Origin: an uncultured Bacteriovoracaceae bacterium
GTDB taxonomy: Bacteria > Bdellovibrionota > UBA2394
Direction: 5' to 3'
Length of the DNA stretch: 64,000 nucleotides
NCBI GenBank assembly: GCA_964622975.1
Contig: CAZUTA010000010.1
Coordinates: 16,971-80,970, forward strand
Shown: one piece after another, positions 1-9,124 of the stretch
Layout of the letters: each line of letters begins with the position of its first letter
Position numbering within the stretch: position 1 is the first letter of the stretch
The notes under the pieces: model-generated
Told to the model about the DNA's origin: nothing
Database searches by the model: none
What the model saw: only the letters and a program-made list of their open reading frames with translations
Translations under genes and position numbers: made by a program

Positions 1-109
1 GACGAGCGACTCTCATGACGAGTGATTTTGAAAGTTCAGAAATCCAGCGTCGAGCCCTTCAGCTCGGTTGCAAAATCATCCCCAAACCTCTTTTGCCTTA
101 TCTCAAACT

Positions 110-1366
110 TCAAATGGCATCGCGCGCGAGCTGAAGAGCTGCGTACGCCGAAGCTCTCTGATTGAGCTCTCGATTGTAGCTCAGCCTGAGTAGCTTGGTT
201 TTTGTGGAGCGAGCGGTCGAGACGGCGAGCCAAACTGTGCCCACCGGCTTTTGAGGAGTCCCTCCTCCCGGTCCCGCAATCCCTGTAATACTCACTGCCA
301 CATCCGCACCAGACTGACGTCGCGCTCCCAAAGCCATCTCTCGGGCCACGGCTTCACTCACCGCTCCAAACTTAGTCAGAGACTCTTTGCTCACCTCAAG
401 GAGCTGAGTTTTGGCTTCGTAGGAATAAGTAATATACCCCTGCAAAAACACAGCGGATGATCCCGCCACCGAAGTCACCATCGAACTCGTCAATCCTCCC
501 GTACAAGATTCGGCCAAAACGAGCGTCTTTTTTGCCTTCTTAAACTCTTCGACCAAAGCTTGCGCAAAGGAGACTTGATCGAGACCAAAGAATTTGGATC
601 CAAACTTCTGCCGACACTTTTTGAGAAGGGGCTGCACAATTTTGAGCGCTGCTTTTTCGGAGGGAGCCGTCACATCAAACTTGATGTGGTTTTCGGGAAG
701 ATGAGTTCTAAATCCCACTTCGACACCACGTGGTCGTTTGAGTTTCTGAACCCAAGCGCTTAGCTCACTCTCGGGCATTCCGTAAATTTTAACTGTAAAA
801 AGAAATTTTCCCGCCACTGATCGACGTTTCTGAAGAGAAGGAAGAACATGACGATCGACCAGATGAGTCATTTCTCGGGGAACCCCCGGCAAAAAATAGA
901 AAACTCGATCGCCGATTTTCCATTCGATTCCTGGAGCTGTGCCTTCGTCATTTTGCAAGACGCGAGAACCCTCGGGCACATAAGATTGTTTCAGATTTCC
1001 TGCATTGGCCTTGCGACCAAATTTTTTGAGTCGCCTTAAAACATTCTGAAGTGCCACCTGACTTTGAATCAGTGGGACTCCAAAAGTCTGTGCGGCAACA
1101 TCGAGAGTCAGATCATCAGTGGTGGGCCCCAATCCCCCGGAGACAATGATAATTTGTGATCGTGACGCGGCTTCCACCAAAGCTCGGGAAATCGTTTGCG
1201 GATCATCCGCGATCACAGAACTTCGATCGATTCTCAAACCCAGCGGCTTGAGCTTGAGGGCCAAGCGCTGCGTATTGGTATCCGCAATCGTCCCATCGAG
1301 GAGTTCATTGCCTGTTGCGATTACTTCTATCCGAGATTCAAAACTGGGGAGATCCACCACTGCCAT
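110..1366 (-). CDS. cinA: CinA family protein (MoCF-binding domain plus PncC-like nicotinamide-nucleotide amidase domain)
   Basis: ORF 110..1426. It has 'IEVIATGNELLDGTIADTNT', 'IIIVSGGLGPTTDDLT' and the C-terminal 'LVLAESCTGGL...SITGIAGPGGG'. Start moved to the internal Met (MAVVD) at 1366. Confidence 0.85.
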   Translation of the reverse strand: MAVVDLPSFESRIEVIATGNELLDGTIADTNTQRLALKLKPLGLRIDRSSVIADDPQTISRALVEAASRSQIIIVSGGLGPTTDDLTLDVAAQTFGVPLIQSQVALQNVLRRLKKFGRKANAGNLKQSYVPEGSRVLQNDEGTAPGIEWKIGDRVFYFLPGVPREMTHLVDRHVLPSLQKRRSVAGKFLFTVKIYGMPESELSAWVQKLKRPRGVEVGFRTHLPENHIKFDVTAPSEKAALKIVQPLLKKCRQKFGSKFFGLDQVSFAQALVEEFKKAKKTLVLAESCTGGLTSSMVTSVAGSSAVFLQGYITYSYEAKTQLLEVSKESLTKFGAVSEAVAREMALGARRQSGADVAVSITGIAGPGGGTPQKPVGTVWLAVSTARSTKTKLLRLSYNRELNQRASAYAALQLARDAI

Positions 1367-1809
1367 ACTCCTAAGAGAGCGGCGGCGTAGAGACCCGCCA
1401 CCACATCGTCCATCATTACTCCCCAACCCTTCAAATAATTCTGATCAAAAAATCGGATTCCGAGAGGTTTTGCAATGTCGAAGAATCTAAAGAGCACAAA
1501 AGCGCCTAGAGCCCCTTGCCAAGTGGGCCCTGCCGCCAAAAATGCAATGCCCATACCTACCCACTCATCAATGACGATCTCGCTCGAATCATGGGCCCCC
1601 GTCGATCCTTCATAAATCCGAACACCCCAAACACCCATCACTGTCAAAACGACAATAAGCCCCACCATCCAAACAAGTGGGACTTGCTGAGCTCTAAGGA
1701 CCCACCAAAAAATCAGGGCCACCGCTGAAGCTAAAGTCCCACTGCCTTTGGGAAGATAGCCTAAGCCACCACAGGTCACAAAAATCTGAGCCCACCGACT
1801 TCTCAACAT
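1327..1809 (-). CDS. pgpA: phosphatidylglycerophosphatase A
   Basis: ORF 1327..1866. It has 'CGGLGYLPKGSGTLAS', 'VIDEWVGM' and 'FRFFDIAKPLGIRFFD...GWGVMMDDVVAGLYA'. The likely start is Met (MLRSRW) at 1809. The pgpA-cinA pairing is common. Confidence 0.85.
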   Translation of the reverse strand: MLRSRWAQIFVTCGGLGYLPKGSGTLASAVALIFWWVLRAQQVPLVWMVGLIVVLTVMGVWGVRIYEGSTGAHDSSEIVIDEWVGMGIAFLAAGPTWQGALGAFVLFRFFDIAKPLGIRFFDQNYLKGWGVMMDDVVAGLYAAALLGVWQWWISPVLNLG

Positions 1810-1865
1810 CGCACCGCAAATCTTAGTTTCGTTTTTACAAGGCCGTCGAGTAAACTTTGAGTTCA

Positions 1866-2441
1866 ATGCGACCCGCCAAGGCTCTCGAAACCAAATCTTT
1901 CTTTTTTGTCTACTTGACCATGGCTCTCATTGCGCTGGTTTCGGACTGGTCTCAGCGAGGAGATCTTTGGGCTTCCTGGCGCCTCGCAGCCAATGCATCC
2001 AGTCCTTCTTGGAGTCTTGCAGCTGCTATTTTTTGTGGGTTTGCCATAATGCTCTACGCCACCACGGCTACTTGGCGATCGGCGATGGACCTCGAACGCG
2101 TGCTCCAGCAGATTCTGACCCCGTTTTCTTATTTTCAGATGGCCCTACTCGCTCTGGTAGGCGCCCTCGTCGAAGAATGGTTTTTTCGAGGAATTCTTCA
2201 GTATCGATTTGGTTTGTTTTTTACGGCCTTCGTCTATGGCCTCGCCCATTTTATTGCCGTCCCGCAGATCTGGCTTTGGGCCATCTTGTCACTTTGTCTG
2301 GGTCTTTTGTTTGGAATTCTCTTTAAAAATTCTCAGTCCCTAATTTTTGTATGCGCTGTCCACTTTGGCATTAATTTCATTCTGCTCTGGAAACTAAATC
2401 AACAGGCTCACCGAAACTCTGCATCGCAAGTGTTTCGGTGA
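1866..2441 (+). CDS. CPBP family intramembrane metalloprotease (CAAX protease-like)
   Basis: ORF 1857..2441 is a multi-TM protein with 'VEEWFFRGILQ' (EExxxR) and 'FVYGLAHF' (FxxxH) motifs. The first ATG is at 1866. Confidence 0.75.
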   Translation: MRPAKALETKSFFFVYLTMALIALVSDWSQRGDLWASWRLAANASSPSWSLAAAIFCGFAIMLYATTATWRSAMDLERVLQQILTPFSYFQMALLALVGALVEEWFFRGILQYRFGLFFTAFVYGLAHFIAVPQIWLWAILSLCLGLLFGILFKNSQSLIFVCAVHFGINFILLWKLNQQAHRNSASQVFR

Positions 2442-2459
2442 GCCTGCGTTTACGCTTCT

Positions 2460-3374
2460 TTAGGGTGTAACTACAATTGAGCTCTGAATAATCGGATCAA
2501 TTTGCTCCAGCGCTTTTGAATCCGTCTTCGCCGTCTCCGCCAAAGTCATGAGTGTTCCAATTTGGCGATAGCCTTTGAGTTTTACAGCAGAGTTTTTTGC
2601 ATAGACTTTGTTCCAGCCTTCTCGCACTTGCTGCCAAAAGCCCTTTTGCTCCTTCCAAAGTTCTGCGGCCTTTTGGCATTCGCCATCCGCGATTCGATCA
2701 AAACGAGTAGAGCCCACTTCCTGCCCAATAGAGATCCCTGCTTTGAGTTTGGTCGCCAGCAAAAGTTCCTCATAACCCGTCTCCGGCTGAGCCACGATCG
2801 TCATGAATCGCTTCATCACGTCATATTTTTTGTCCTCAGGTCTTGCGGCTTTTGTTTCACGGCGCGGAAGTGGAGCCATGGCCTCTCCCTTAAACACCAT
2901 TGCACCCTCCTGAAGGCTGATGGATGCGGGATACTGAGCTCTCAAACTTCCATCTATCTGAAAGACCGAGTAGATGAGTTCATTCTCTTTGGGCTGTCTT
3001 TGGCCCTTTGCCCACTTGAGTTGTCCTTCGTAGTCCCAGAGCGCGCTGTTTTCTCGCGACCACTCTTCGCGCCAGTGGATTGCCACTTCGTCGGCTGCCC
3101 CTTCGGGATTGTCAGGGTCCGGGCCAATGCTCACGTGTTGCAAAACAGCGTGAGTGTCAGACACCCATTCAATATCAATATATTCTTTGGCTGAAGCGAT
3201 CATGTCGCTCTGAGAAACAGCCGGATCAAAAAACCGATACGTCACATCAAAGCATCCCGCTCTTTGTCGAACAAAATTTGTTTCAGTCTCCGTCAATGGG
3301 CTTCCCTGCACAGGCAACGCCCCTAAGATCGAAACCATTCCAAAAGTTTTTAAAGTTATTTTTGCAGCAAACAT
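2460..3374 (-). CDS. hypothetical secreted protein preceded by a Fur box
   Basis: 304-aa ORF with an N-terminal hydrophobic signal-like segment. GGAG RBS (3383-3386) lies 8 nt upstream of the ATG. I cannot assign a family from memory. Confidence 0.6.
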   Translation of the reverse strand: MFAAKITLKTFGMVSILGALPVQGSPLTETETNFVRQRAGCFDVTYRFFDPAVSQSDMIASAKEYIDIEWVSDTHAVLQHVSIGPDPDNPEGAADEVAIHWREEWSRENSALWDYEGQLKWAKGQRQPKENELIYSVFQIDGSLRAQYPASISLQEGAMVFKGEAMAPLPRRETKAARPEDKKYDVMKRFMTIVAQPETGYEELLLATKLKAGISIGQEVGSTRFDRIADGECQKAAELWKEQKGFWQQVREGWNKVYAKNSAVKLKGYRQIGTLMTLAETAKTDSKALEQIDPIIQSSIVVTP

Positions 3375-3409
3375 CAGGTCATCTCCTTCTGTTTGCCGTG
3401 TTAACTTTA

Positions 3410-3426
3410 TTGATAATGATTATCAA
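3410..3426. promoter_or_regulatory. Fur box (perfect 7-1-7 palindrome TGATAAT-G-ATTATCA)
   Basis: The sequence TTGATAATGATTATCAA is a 17-bp perfect palindrome. It occupies the 17-bp spacer between a possible minus-strand -35 (TTAATA, 3427-3432) and -10 (TAAAGT, 3404-3409) upstream of CDS 2460..3374. Confidence 0.7.
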
Positions 3427-3428
3427 TA

Positions 3429-4790
3429 TTAATTTTGATGGGACGCCAACCCAAAGAGCCGGATCTCGGACTCGATAGTTTTATAAAAGTCTCCCAGAGG
3501 GAGACTTTCGTTTTCGGAGTGTGCGAGCGTAAAGGGATCCTCCACACCTAAAGTAATCACAGGGGCCCCGAGCGCCTTTTCAAAGGGGCCAATAAACGGG
3601 ATCGTCGCCCCACATCCTATATAAACAGACTTTCTTCCGTATCCCGCTTCGAGCGCTTTTTCGGCAGCCTCAAAAGCCCACCTATTTTTTTTGGATTTGG
3701 GGTCAATCGACCACGCATCCGTAGGAGAATGAGGATGGATTCTCACTTCGAGAGTTTTAGGAGCCAGAGATTTGAGTTTTGCGACGAGCTCGGCTTGCAC
3801 GCGCTTGGCGTTTTCCTCAGCAGTGAGGCGGATTCCCACTCTCGCATAGGCGCGATCACAGATAATATTGTTGGCGAGCTTTTCGCTACTCGCTTGAATC
3901 GCATTGATGCTCAAGCTGGGGTGATAAAAAATTCGACTCCAAAAATCGGCAGGAACCGAATTTGTTTTGAGCACACCCGCTTGATTGGCAAACTCTGCCC
4001 GCGAGACGGGAAGATTGGCGGCAACTTTTCGCTTTCCTCTTTTGATACTTTTGAGAAGAGGCCATCCCTCCTTGTCCGTCAAAGCGGCGAGCATTTTGAC
4101 CAGAGCTAAAACAGGATCTACGACTCCCCCACCCCAGAGTCCCGAATGCAGAGGAGCACGAAGACTCTTCACTTCGACTTCGACGACAATGAGCCCCCTG
4201 AGACTCGTCGTCATCGATGGGACGCCTGTCGCAATATTGGCCGTATCCGTCACAACGATCATATCCGCGCTCAAGCGCTCCTTATTTTGCTTCAAAAACT
4301 TGAGCAGATGAGAACTGCCGATTTCTTCTTCGCCTTCGATGAGCACTTTGAGGTTTACCGGAAGTCGACTTGACGAGTTTACATAATATTTACTCGCTGC
4401 TGCATGAACTAAGATGCCCGCTTTGTCGTCGGCAGTTCCTCGCCCATAAAGTCGCCCATTGATCTCTGTGGGCTCAAATGGAGGTGTCTTCCAGAGCTCT
4501 TCTCGTCCCGGAGGTTGAACATCATGATGCGCATACAAAAGCAAAGTCGGCAGCTTGGGATCGACGATCTGCTCACCCACCACATAAGGAAAACAGCCAT
4601 CCACTCTCAGCACGTCGACATTTTTGAATCCGGATCGCTTCAAGAGATCGGCAGTCGCCTCTGCGGAGCGCTCGACTTCGCGCGGATCAAAATGCGGAAA
4701 ACTAATTGAGGGAATGCGCACGAGAGTTTCGAGTTCTTTGCGCGCCCAAATTTTTAATGCTTCGTCGACCACGGGTTCAATTGTTTTCAT
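3429..4790 (-). CDS. M20 family metallopeptidase (dipeptidase-like)
   Basis: 453-aa ORF with 'LLLYAHHDVQPPG', 'GRLYGRGTADDKAG' and 'IEGEEEIGS', which are typical of the M20A ArgE/DapE/CNDP family. Confidence 0.85.
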   Translation of the reverse strand: MKTIEPVVDEALKIWARKELETLVRIPSISFPHFDPREVERSAEATADLLKRSGFKNVDVLRVDGCFPYVVGEQIVDPKLPTLLLYAHHDVQPPGREELWKTPPFEPTEINGRLYGRGTADDKAGILVHAAASKYYVNSSSRLPVNLKVLIEGEEEIGSSHLLKFLKQNKERLSADMIVVTDTANIATGVPSMTTSLRGLIVVEVEVKSLRAPLHSGLWGGGVVDPVLALVKMLAALTDKEGWPLLKSIKRGKRKVAANLPVSRAEFANQAGVLKTNSVPADFWSRIFYHPSLSINAIQASSEKLANNIICDRAYARVGIRLTAEENAKRVQAELVAKLKSLAPKTLEVRIHPHSPTDAWSIDPKSKKNRWAFEAAEKALEAGYGRKSVYIGCGATIPFIGPFEKALGAPVITLGVEDPFTLAHSENESLPLGDFYKTIESEIRLFGLASHQN

Positions 4791-5114
4791 GCGGCGACGC
4801 TAATCCTCTCTGAGGTAATTTTTTAGATTTTTTTTGTGAATAAAAAAAATTTTACGTTCGGAATTCTGTGCGGAGCCGCCGTGTACTCTCCAAATTCGAG
4901 GACCTTCGCAAAGCCTTAACAGAGCCTTGAAAAACTTAATTTGAAGTATCTCGCGGCGAGTCCTATTTACAGGGTCCACTTTGGTGAAGGTTTTTTTGCA
5001 CAGCACTCCCGGTCAACGGCTCCATAGGGGAACCGAAGACCAGAAGAAATTGAATTTTGGAGCCATCAACGGCTCCAAAACGGAGGGAAGGACAATGAAA
5101 ATGGAGGACTGTGA

Positions 5115-6431
5115 ATGAATGCACAAAGACTCTTCGGTCAGACCTTAAAAGTGACCGCCATCTTAGTCAGTCTAGGATGGGCTTCTGCTCACGCAGGAGA
5201 CAATGAATCAACCGAACCCGTCACCGCCAATGGCCCTGCGGTCTATACGGAACAAACCAAACAAGACCCCGAAGCCATCCAGGACGAATCGGCTCTCAAC
5301 AAAATTGGATTCGATTCATCCATTCCGACAGGTGTGGCGTATACGATTCGCAAACGCGATCAATCCAAAAACAAACCTGGAGCTGAGTTTCTCCCTGATG
5401 CCGGACACCGATTCTCAATCGGCGTGGACGGTGGAATGACTCAACAGTTCATGGACCAAGGAAAAGACCAAGCACGGGCTTCTTTGGCTGTGAATGTGGG
5501 TTATGAAATCGGACCTCTGGCGGCTGCCTTGAGACTCAATGCTTCGGATCTCGTATCGAAAGCGATTGATAACGACTACGATGGAACCTTCACCAACGGA
5601 GTGACCACGGTGAATGTTCAAGACGTGATCGAGCGCGGTGTGGTGACTCTCACCCCTTTTCGATATGTGAACGCCGAAGGCAAAGAAGTTGTCGCCATCG
5701 CCTTCACTGTGGGTCGTGATGCGGCGACCCCGCTCGGCACCTATGTGATGGAAGGCTGGCAGGCGATTTCCATTTTGGAAGATCGACAGCTCACACAACT
5801 CGATCAAATCAAAGTCAGTGCGCGCTTCTACGAAAACACAATCATTGAAGTCGTAAACTTTGGTTACGATTGGTTGGGTTATAGCGTGGATCCTCTTCAG
5901 GATATTACTGAAGAAGGAGGAGATTCCTTTGCCATCAACGTAAAGCACAAGTTTGATAAGATTTTTGGCGATAAGACTTCGCTCGAAATCTATTTTTCTT
6001 ATGCGGATGTCGCTGAAGGCATCACTTACACCAGAGCTCTTGCAGGCAACCAGCCAGGAGCCAACAACACCTATGGTGGCGGTGCCCGATTGAACTGGGA
6101 CAAGTTTACAATCGCTGCCGAAGGCTATGTTGAACAGCCAGACAATTCGAGTCTTGATGATCGATACGGGCTCGCTGTCATCACTTCTTACCAACTCGGC
6201 AAACTGACTCCCAAAGCGGGAATCGAAATGGTCGACGAAGGAAGCGGAACAGACATGATTTATTCCTTGGGCGTGGATTGGGCGATCTTCTCCAATCTCG
6301 TGGCTCAAGTGATGTGGCAGCATGTGGATCCTAACACAGGCGAGACACAAGAAAATTTCCTACTTGGATTTAAAGTAGGTGCGGATTTGGCCCCAGTATT
6401 GGCCAAAGATACTCGCTCAGAGAAAAACTAA
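5115..6431 (+). CDS. hypothetical exported protein, beta-rich (possible outer-membrane protein)
   Basis: 438-aa ORF. GGAGGA RBS lies 5 nt upstream of the ATG. The signal peptide is 'VTAILVSLGWASAHAG', and the sequence alternates and is rich in Gly, Tyr and Asp. Confidence 0.6.
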   Translation: MNAQRLFGQTLKVTAILVSLGWASAHAGDNESTEPVTANGPAVYTEQTKQDPEAIQDESALNKIGFDSSIPTGVAYTIRKRDQSKNKPGAEFLPDAGHRFSIGVDGGMTQQFMDQGKDQARASLAVNVGYEIGPLAAALRLNASDLVSKAIDNDYDGTFTNGVTTVNVQDVIERGVVTLTPFRYVNAEGKEVVAIAFTVGRDAATPLGTYVMEGWQAISILEDRQLTQLDQIKVSARFYENTIIEVVNFGYDWLGYSVDPLQDITEEGGDSFAINVKHKFDKIFGDKTSLEIYFSYADVAEGITYTRALAGNQPGANNTYGGGARLNWDKFTIAAEGYVEQPDNSSLDDRYGLAVITSYQLGKLTPKAGIEMVDEGSGTDMIYSLGVDWAIFSNLVAQVMWQHVDPNTGETQENFLLGFKVGADLAPVLAKDTRSEKN

Positions 6432-6455
6432 GAGCGGGAGTGCATAAAAACCAAA

Positions 6456-6488
6456 GAGGGGGGGGCCAATGGCCCCCTTCTTTTTTTG
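6456..6488 (+). terminator. rho-independent terminator
   Basis: GGGGGCC-AAT-GGCCCCC hairpin (6461-6477) followed by CTTCTTTTTTT, 25 nt after the stop of CDS 5115..6431. Confidence 0.75.
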
Positions 6489-6526
6489 TACGAAACGAGC
6501 TAAACGCATGTGGGGTTAAATAAGGG

Positions 6527-8497
6527 ATGTTGAGTTTTTTTATTATTCAATTTGCTCCATTGATTTTGTTGGCACAAGTTCCAGTAGGCGAACCTGTCCG
6601 CATCTATTCTATTGAGCGCGTAGGACAGTTTCATTTTGGGGCACAAGTCGAACCCTCCCTCAAAGAGGAGTTTGAAGCTCACGAAAAATCAGAGCAAAGA
6701 ACATGGGACATTCTTTATGGAGACTCCCCCCTCAAGTATCCGGCCTATCGTCTCACCCCCAGACATCGATCAGGGCCCATCGACACTCTCGCTCTGGAGG
6801 ATGCCGCCAAAACTTTGGGACTAGGCGAGCTCACGCCGGAGGTGAGAAGAAAAGTGTTTCTTGCCTATGTGCTTTCACAAACAATTCCTCAGCAAATGCT
6901 CGCGGGAGACAAATTTCCAAAAGTGCGACAGATCCGCATGCAATACGCCAAGGACCTTTTGTATGACATGATCTACAAAAGAGAAACTCGCGATCTGATT
7001 GTTTCTGAAGCCAGAGCTCAGTTTTTTTTACGTTGGCTCGTTCAAACTATTAGAGAATCTCGTCACCTTCCTGCCACCGAGTCGTTGACCTCTGAGCACT
7101 TGTGCCAATTTCTTCCGACGGAACGAACTTTTACTCTCACTTTGGACTGGCAATTTGAGCGCGAAGACTTTTTACCTTATCCGTTTTTAAAGAATCAGCC
7201 TCCCACCGCTGTCCAAATTCGAAAATGGAAATGTGACCCTCAGACGGCTCCAGACAAGCTCCTCGAATTGCTCTATCAATCCGCCAAATCAAATTTTGAA
7301 GATCGACTAAAGGAAATCTATCCCGAGCCTTTTGAAGCGATCTGGTTTTATCTCAAGCGCTTCAAAGGATTTGCCGTTGATTTTGACCACCTCCCCCATG
7401 GCTATCTCTGGGACAAGTATCACGACAAAGACCTCAAAGGCTGGGGAAATGTTTTTATCCCCATTCCTCAACCACCAAAGGATGAGTTGGAGCTGATGGA
7501 TCAAATTTTTGAATCCCTCAATCTTGTTTATCTCAATGATATGTTCAAAGGCAGCGTCGTAGTTTATGCGCATGCTTCTCGAGTGGATCCCCATCGGTTT
7601 AAAGAAGTCGACTTTAGAATGGCCCAAGAAGATTTTGAGTTCAAACAGAAGGGTCCTCCCGAAGATCGACCCATGGCGATCGAACTCACTTCCCTCAAAA
7701 TTCCGTTTGAAGGTGCCGCACTTGAAGAAAAACTCGAGCAGATATTCCCTGCCGAATTGGCCAAAGTGATTCAGAAGCTTCAATCACAGGTGATTGCAAG
7801 ATCCGAACTCTTTACTGCCAAGGACGAGAATTCCAAAAAGCAAGCAGCAGAGTTTTTGGCCAACTCCCGACAAAAAGCTCTCGAAGAACTCTCGATGAGC
7901 CTAGCGACTCAGCTCGGAGTCTCTCCGCAAAAAATAGAATGGGACAAAAAAATCTCTTTGAAAGGAGATTGGAAGCAGATTCATAAGAAAATTTCGGAGA
8001 CCGGCTGGGAAAGTCTTTTGACTCAATACAAAGACAGTCTAAAGCCCGGGGGAAAGCGTTCGATCTTTCCTTTTGATACGGATCTCAGCACTGAAGTGAG
8101 CGGTATCCGGGATTTTAGAATCGGAGTGGTGTTAAATTTTGATTTTCCTGGATTTTACGATATCCAGCTCGACTACCAAAATGAACTCGAGAATCGCCGC
8201 GTTCAAGAACTCCGATCTTGGTCCTTTCGATTGTTTCTCAAACACTCCGCCATGATTTTTCCTGAAAATGGGACAAGTGCTTGGGCTCAAGCCTTCATCC
8301 ATGCAGATAAGCCTATGGAAGAATGGGTCGATGCGGAGGAAGAATCACTCATTTTGGGTTGGGCTGCAGTCCTTTATCATCACGAGATCAAATCTCAGGG
8401 TCTGCCCTGTCAGACCAAACCCTATCTTTATGATGGGTTTATTCCTCGGCCCAAACCAGAATCCAAATCCATCTTTGATCCCTTTGGAATATTTTAG
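6527..8497 (+). CDS. hypothetical protein (656 aa, hydrophobic N-terminus, no recognised motif)
   Basis: Long uninterrupted ORF. I see no Walker, HExxH or other catalytic motifs. Confidence 0.55.
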   Translation: MLSFFIIQFAPLILLAQVPVGEPVRIYSIERVGQFHFGAQVEPSLKEEFEAHEKSEQRTWDILYGDSPLKYPAYRLTPRHRSGPIDTLALEDAAKTLGLGELTPEVRRKVFLAYVLSQTIPQQMLAGDKFPKVRQIRMQYAKDLLYDMIYKRETRDLIVSEARAQFFLRWLVQTIRESRHLPATESLTSEHLCQFLPTERTFTLTLDWQFEREDFLPYPFLKNQPPTAVQIRKWKCDPQTAPDKLLELLYQSAKSNFEDRLKEIYPEPFEAIWFYLKRFKGFAVDFDHLPHGYLWDKYHDKDLKGWGNVFIPIPQPPKDELELMDQIFESLNLVYLNDMFKGSVVVYAHASRVDPHRFKEVDFRMAQEDFEFKQKGPPEDRPMAIELTSLKIPFEGAALEEKLEQIFPAELAKVIQKLQSQVIARSELFTAKDENSKKQAAEFLANSRQKALEELSMSLATQLGVSPQKIEWDKKISLKGDWKQIHKKISETGWESLLTQYKDSLKPGGKRSIFPFDTDLSTEVSGIRDFRIGVVLNFDFPGFYDIQLDYQNELENRRVQELRSWSFRLFLKHSAMIFPENGTSAWAQAFIHADKPMEEWVDAEEESLILGWAAVLYHHEIKSQGLPCQTKPYLYDGFIPRPKPESKSIFDPFGIF

Positions 8498-8688
8498 ATC
8501 CTTCGCAAATCTTAGCGCCGCTTTAACATGCAATCTGCTAAGACGATTGTCAGGTGTGGAGAAGGGTTCGACCTTTGAGATCAAGTGGACTTGGGGCGCT
8601 GGTATGGATCCTTGCGGGTGGGGCCTTGATGGCCTCTCCCGCTATCGATGTTTGCTCTCAAGCTTTGATCGAAGAAAAAAAATAGAAA

Positions 8689-8982
8689 CTAAGCGCCAGC
8701 AGGTTCGTCTGCATTGACTAAGTCACGCAGCTCTTTGCCCACTTTGAAAAACGGCAGTCTCTTGGGTGCCACATAAATGGGCTCGCCTGTGCGAGGATTT
8801 CGGCCGCGATACTCTTCGTAGAAACGACTGACAAAACTTCCAAATCCGCGAATCTCAATTCGGCCCCCTTCGGCTAGCGTATCGGCCATGGCGCCAAAGA
8901 TCACATTGACGACGGCTTCGGCTCTTTTTCGGGGCATATTCAACTTCGCAGCGACGCGATCAATAAGTTCAGATTTGTTCAT
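8689..8982 (-). CDS. ihfB: integration host factor beta-like DNA-binding protein (HU/IHF family)
   Basis: 97 aa: 'MNKSELIDRVA...GGRIEIRGFGSF...GRNPRTGEPI...PFFKVGKELRD'. It is closer to the IHF-beta signature than to HU. Confidence 0.8.
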   Translation of the reverse strand: MNKSELIDRVAAKLNMPRKRAEAVVNVIFGAMADTLAEGGRIEIRGFGSFVSRFYEEYRGRNPRTGEPIYVAPKRLPFFKVGKELRDLVNADEPAGA

Positions 8983-9124
8983 GATAATGATAGTTTAGCT
9001 CAGTTCGCGGATCGAACAAGTGATGGGCAATGCGTCATTGAGACTTTTTGCGTAGAGGCCCGTTATTGTCGGCCAAACAAAGCCAATCCATGCACTAAGT
9101 ATTTGATTTTACACGAATTTTTTG

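Noticed and set aside
36-233. 65-aa minus-strand ORF at the left edge, plus a possible gene start (ATG at 16..14) running off the window.
   Set aside because: The ORF overlaps the cinA 3' end in another frame and has no motifs. The edge ORF has only 5 visible codons, which is too little to support a feature.
5415-6350. 311-aa antisense ORF inside the 5115..6431 gene. Similar long antisense or alternate-frame ORFs occur at 2562..3194, 10125..11060, 13056..13799, 13983..14819, 20457..21005, 44434..44964, 45472..45966 and 59487..60098.
   Set aside because: Their translations are low-complexity or Ser/Arg/His-rich with no motifs, no RBS and no signal logic. The opposite-strand products are clearly real (aspS, lysA, ccoG and others) or have signal peptides and an RBS. 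The ORFs at 10125..11060 and 63021..63323 are by-products of proline-codon repeats.
8535-8570. 'GTCAGGTGTGGAGAAGGGTTCGACC' superficially resembles the SRP RNA domain IV motif (GUCAGGUCCGGAAGGAAGCAGCC).
   Set aside because: The GNRA tetraloop and its closing stem cannot form (GU versus AA), and the flanking 5'/3' helix is weak. This is not a credible ffs gene without a covariance-model hit.
8983-9001. GATAATGATAGTTTAGCTC next to the IHF start codon looks like half a Fur box.
   Set aside because: Only 13 of 19 positions match the consensus. Only the first half matches and there is no dyad symmetry. It is probably just an AT-rich leader.
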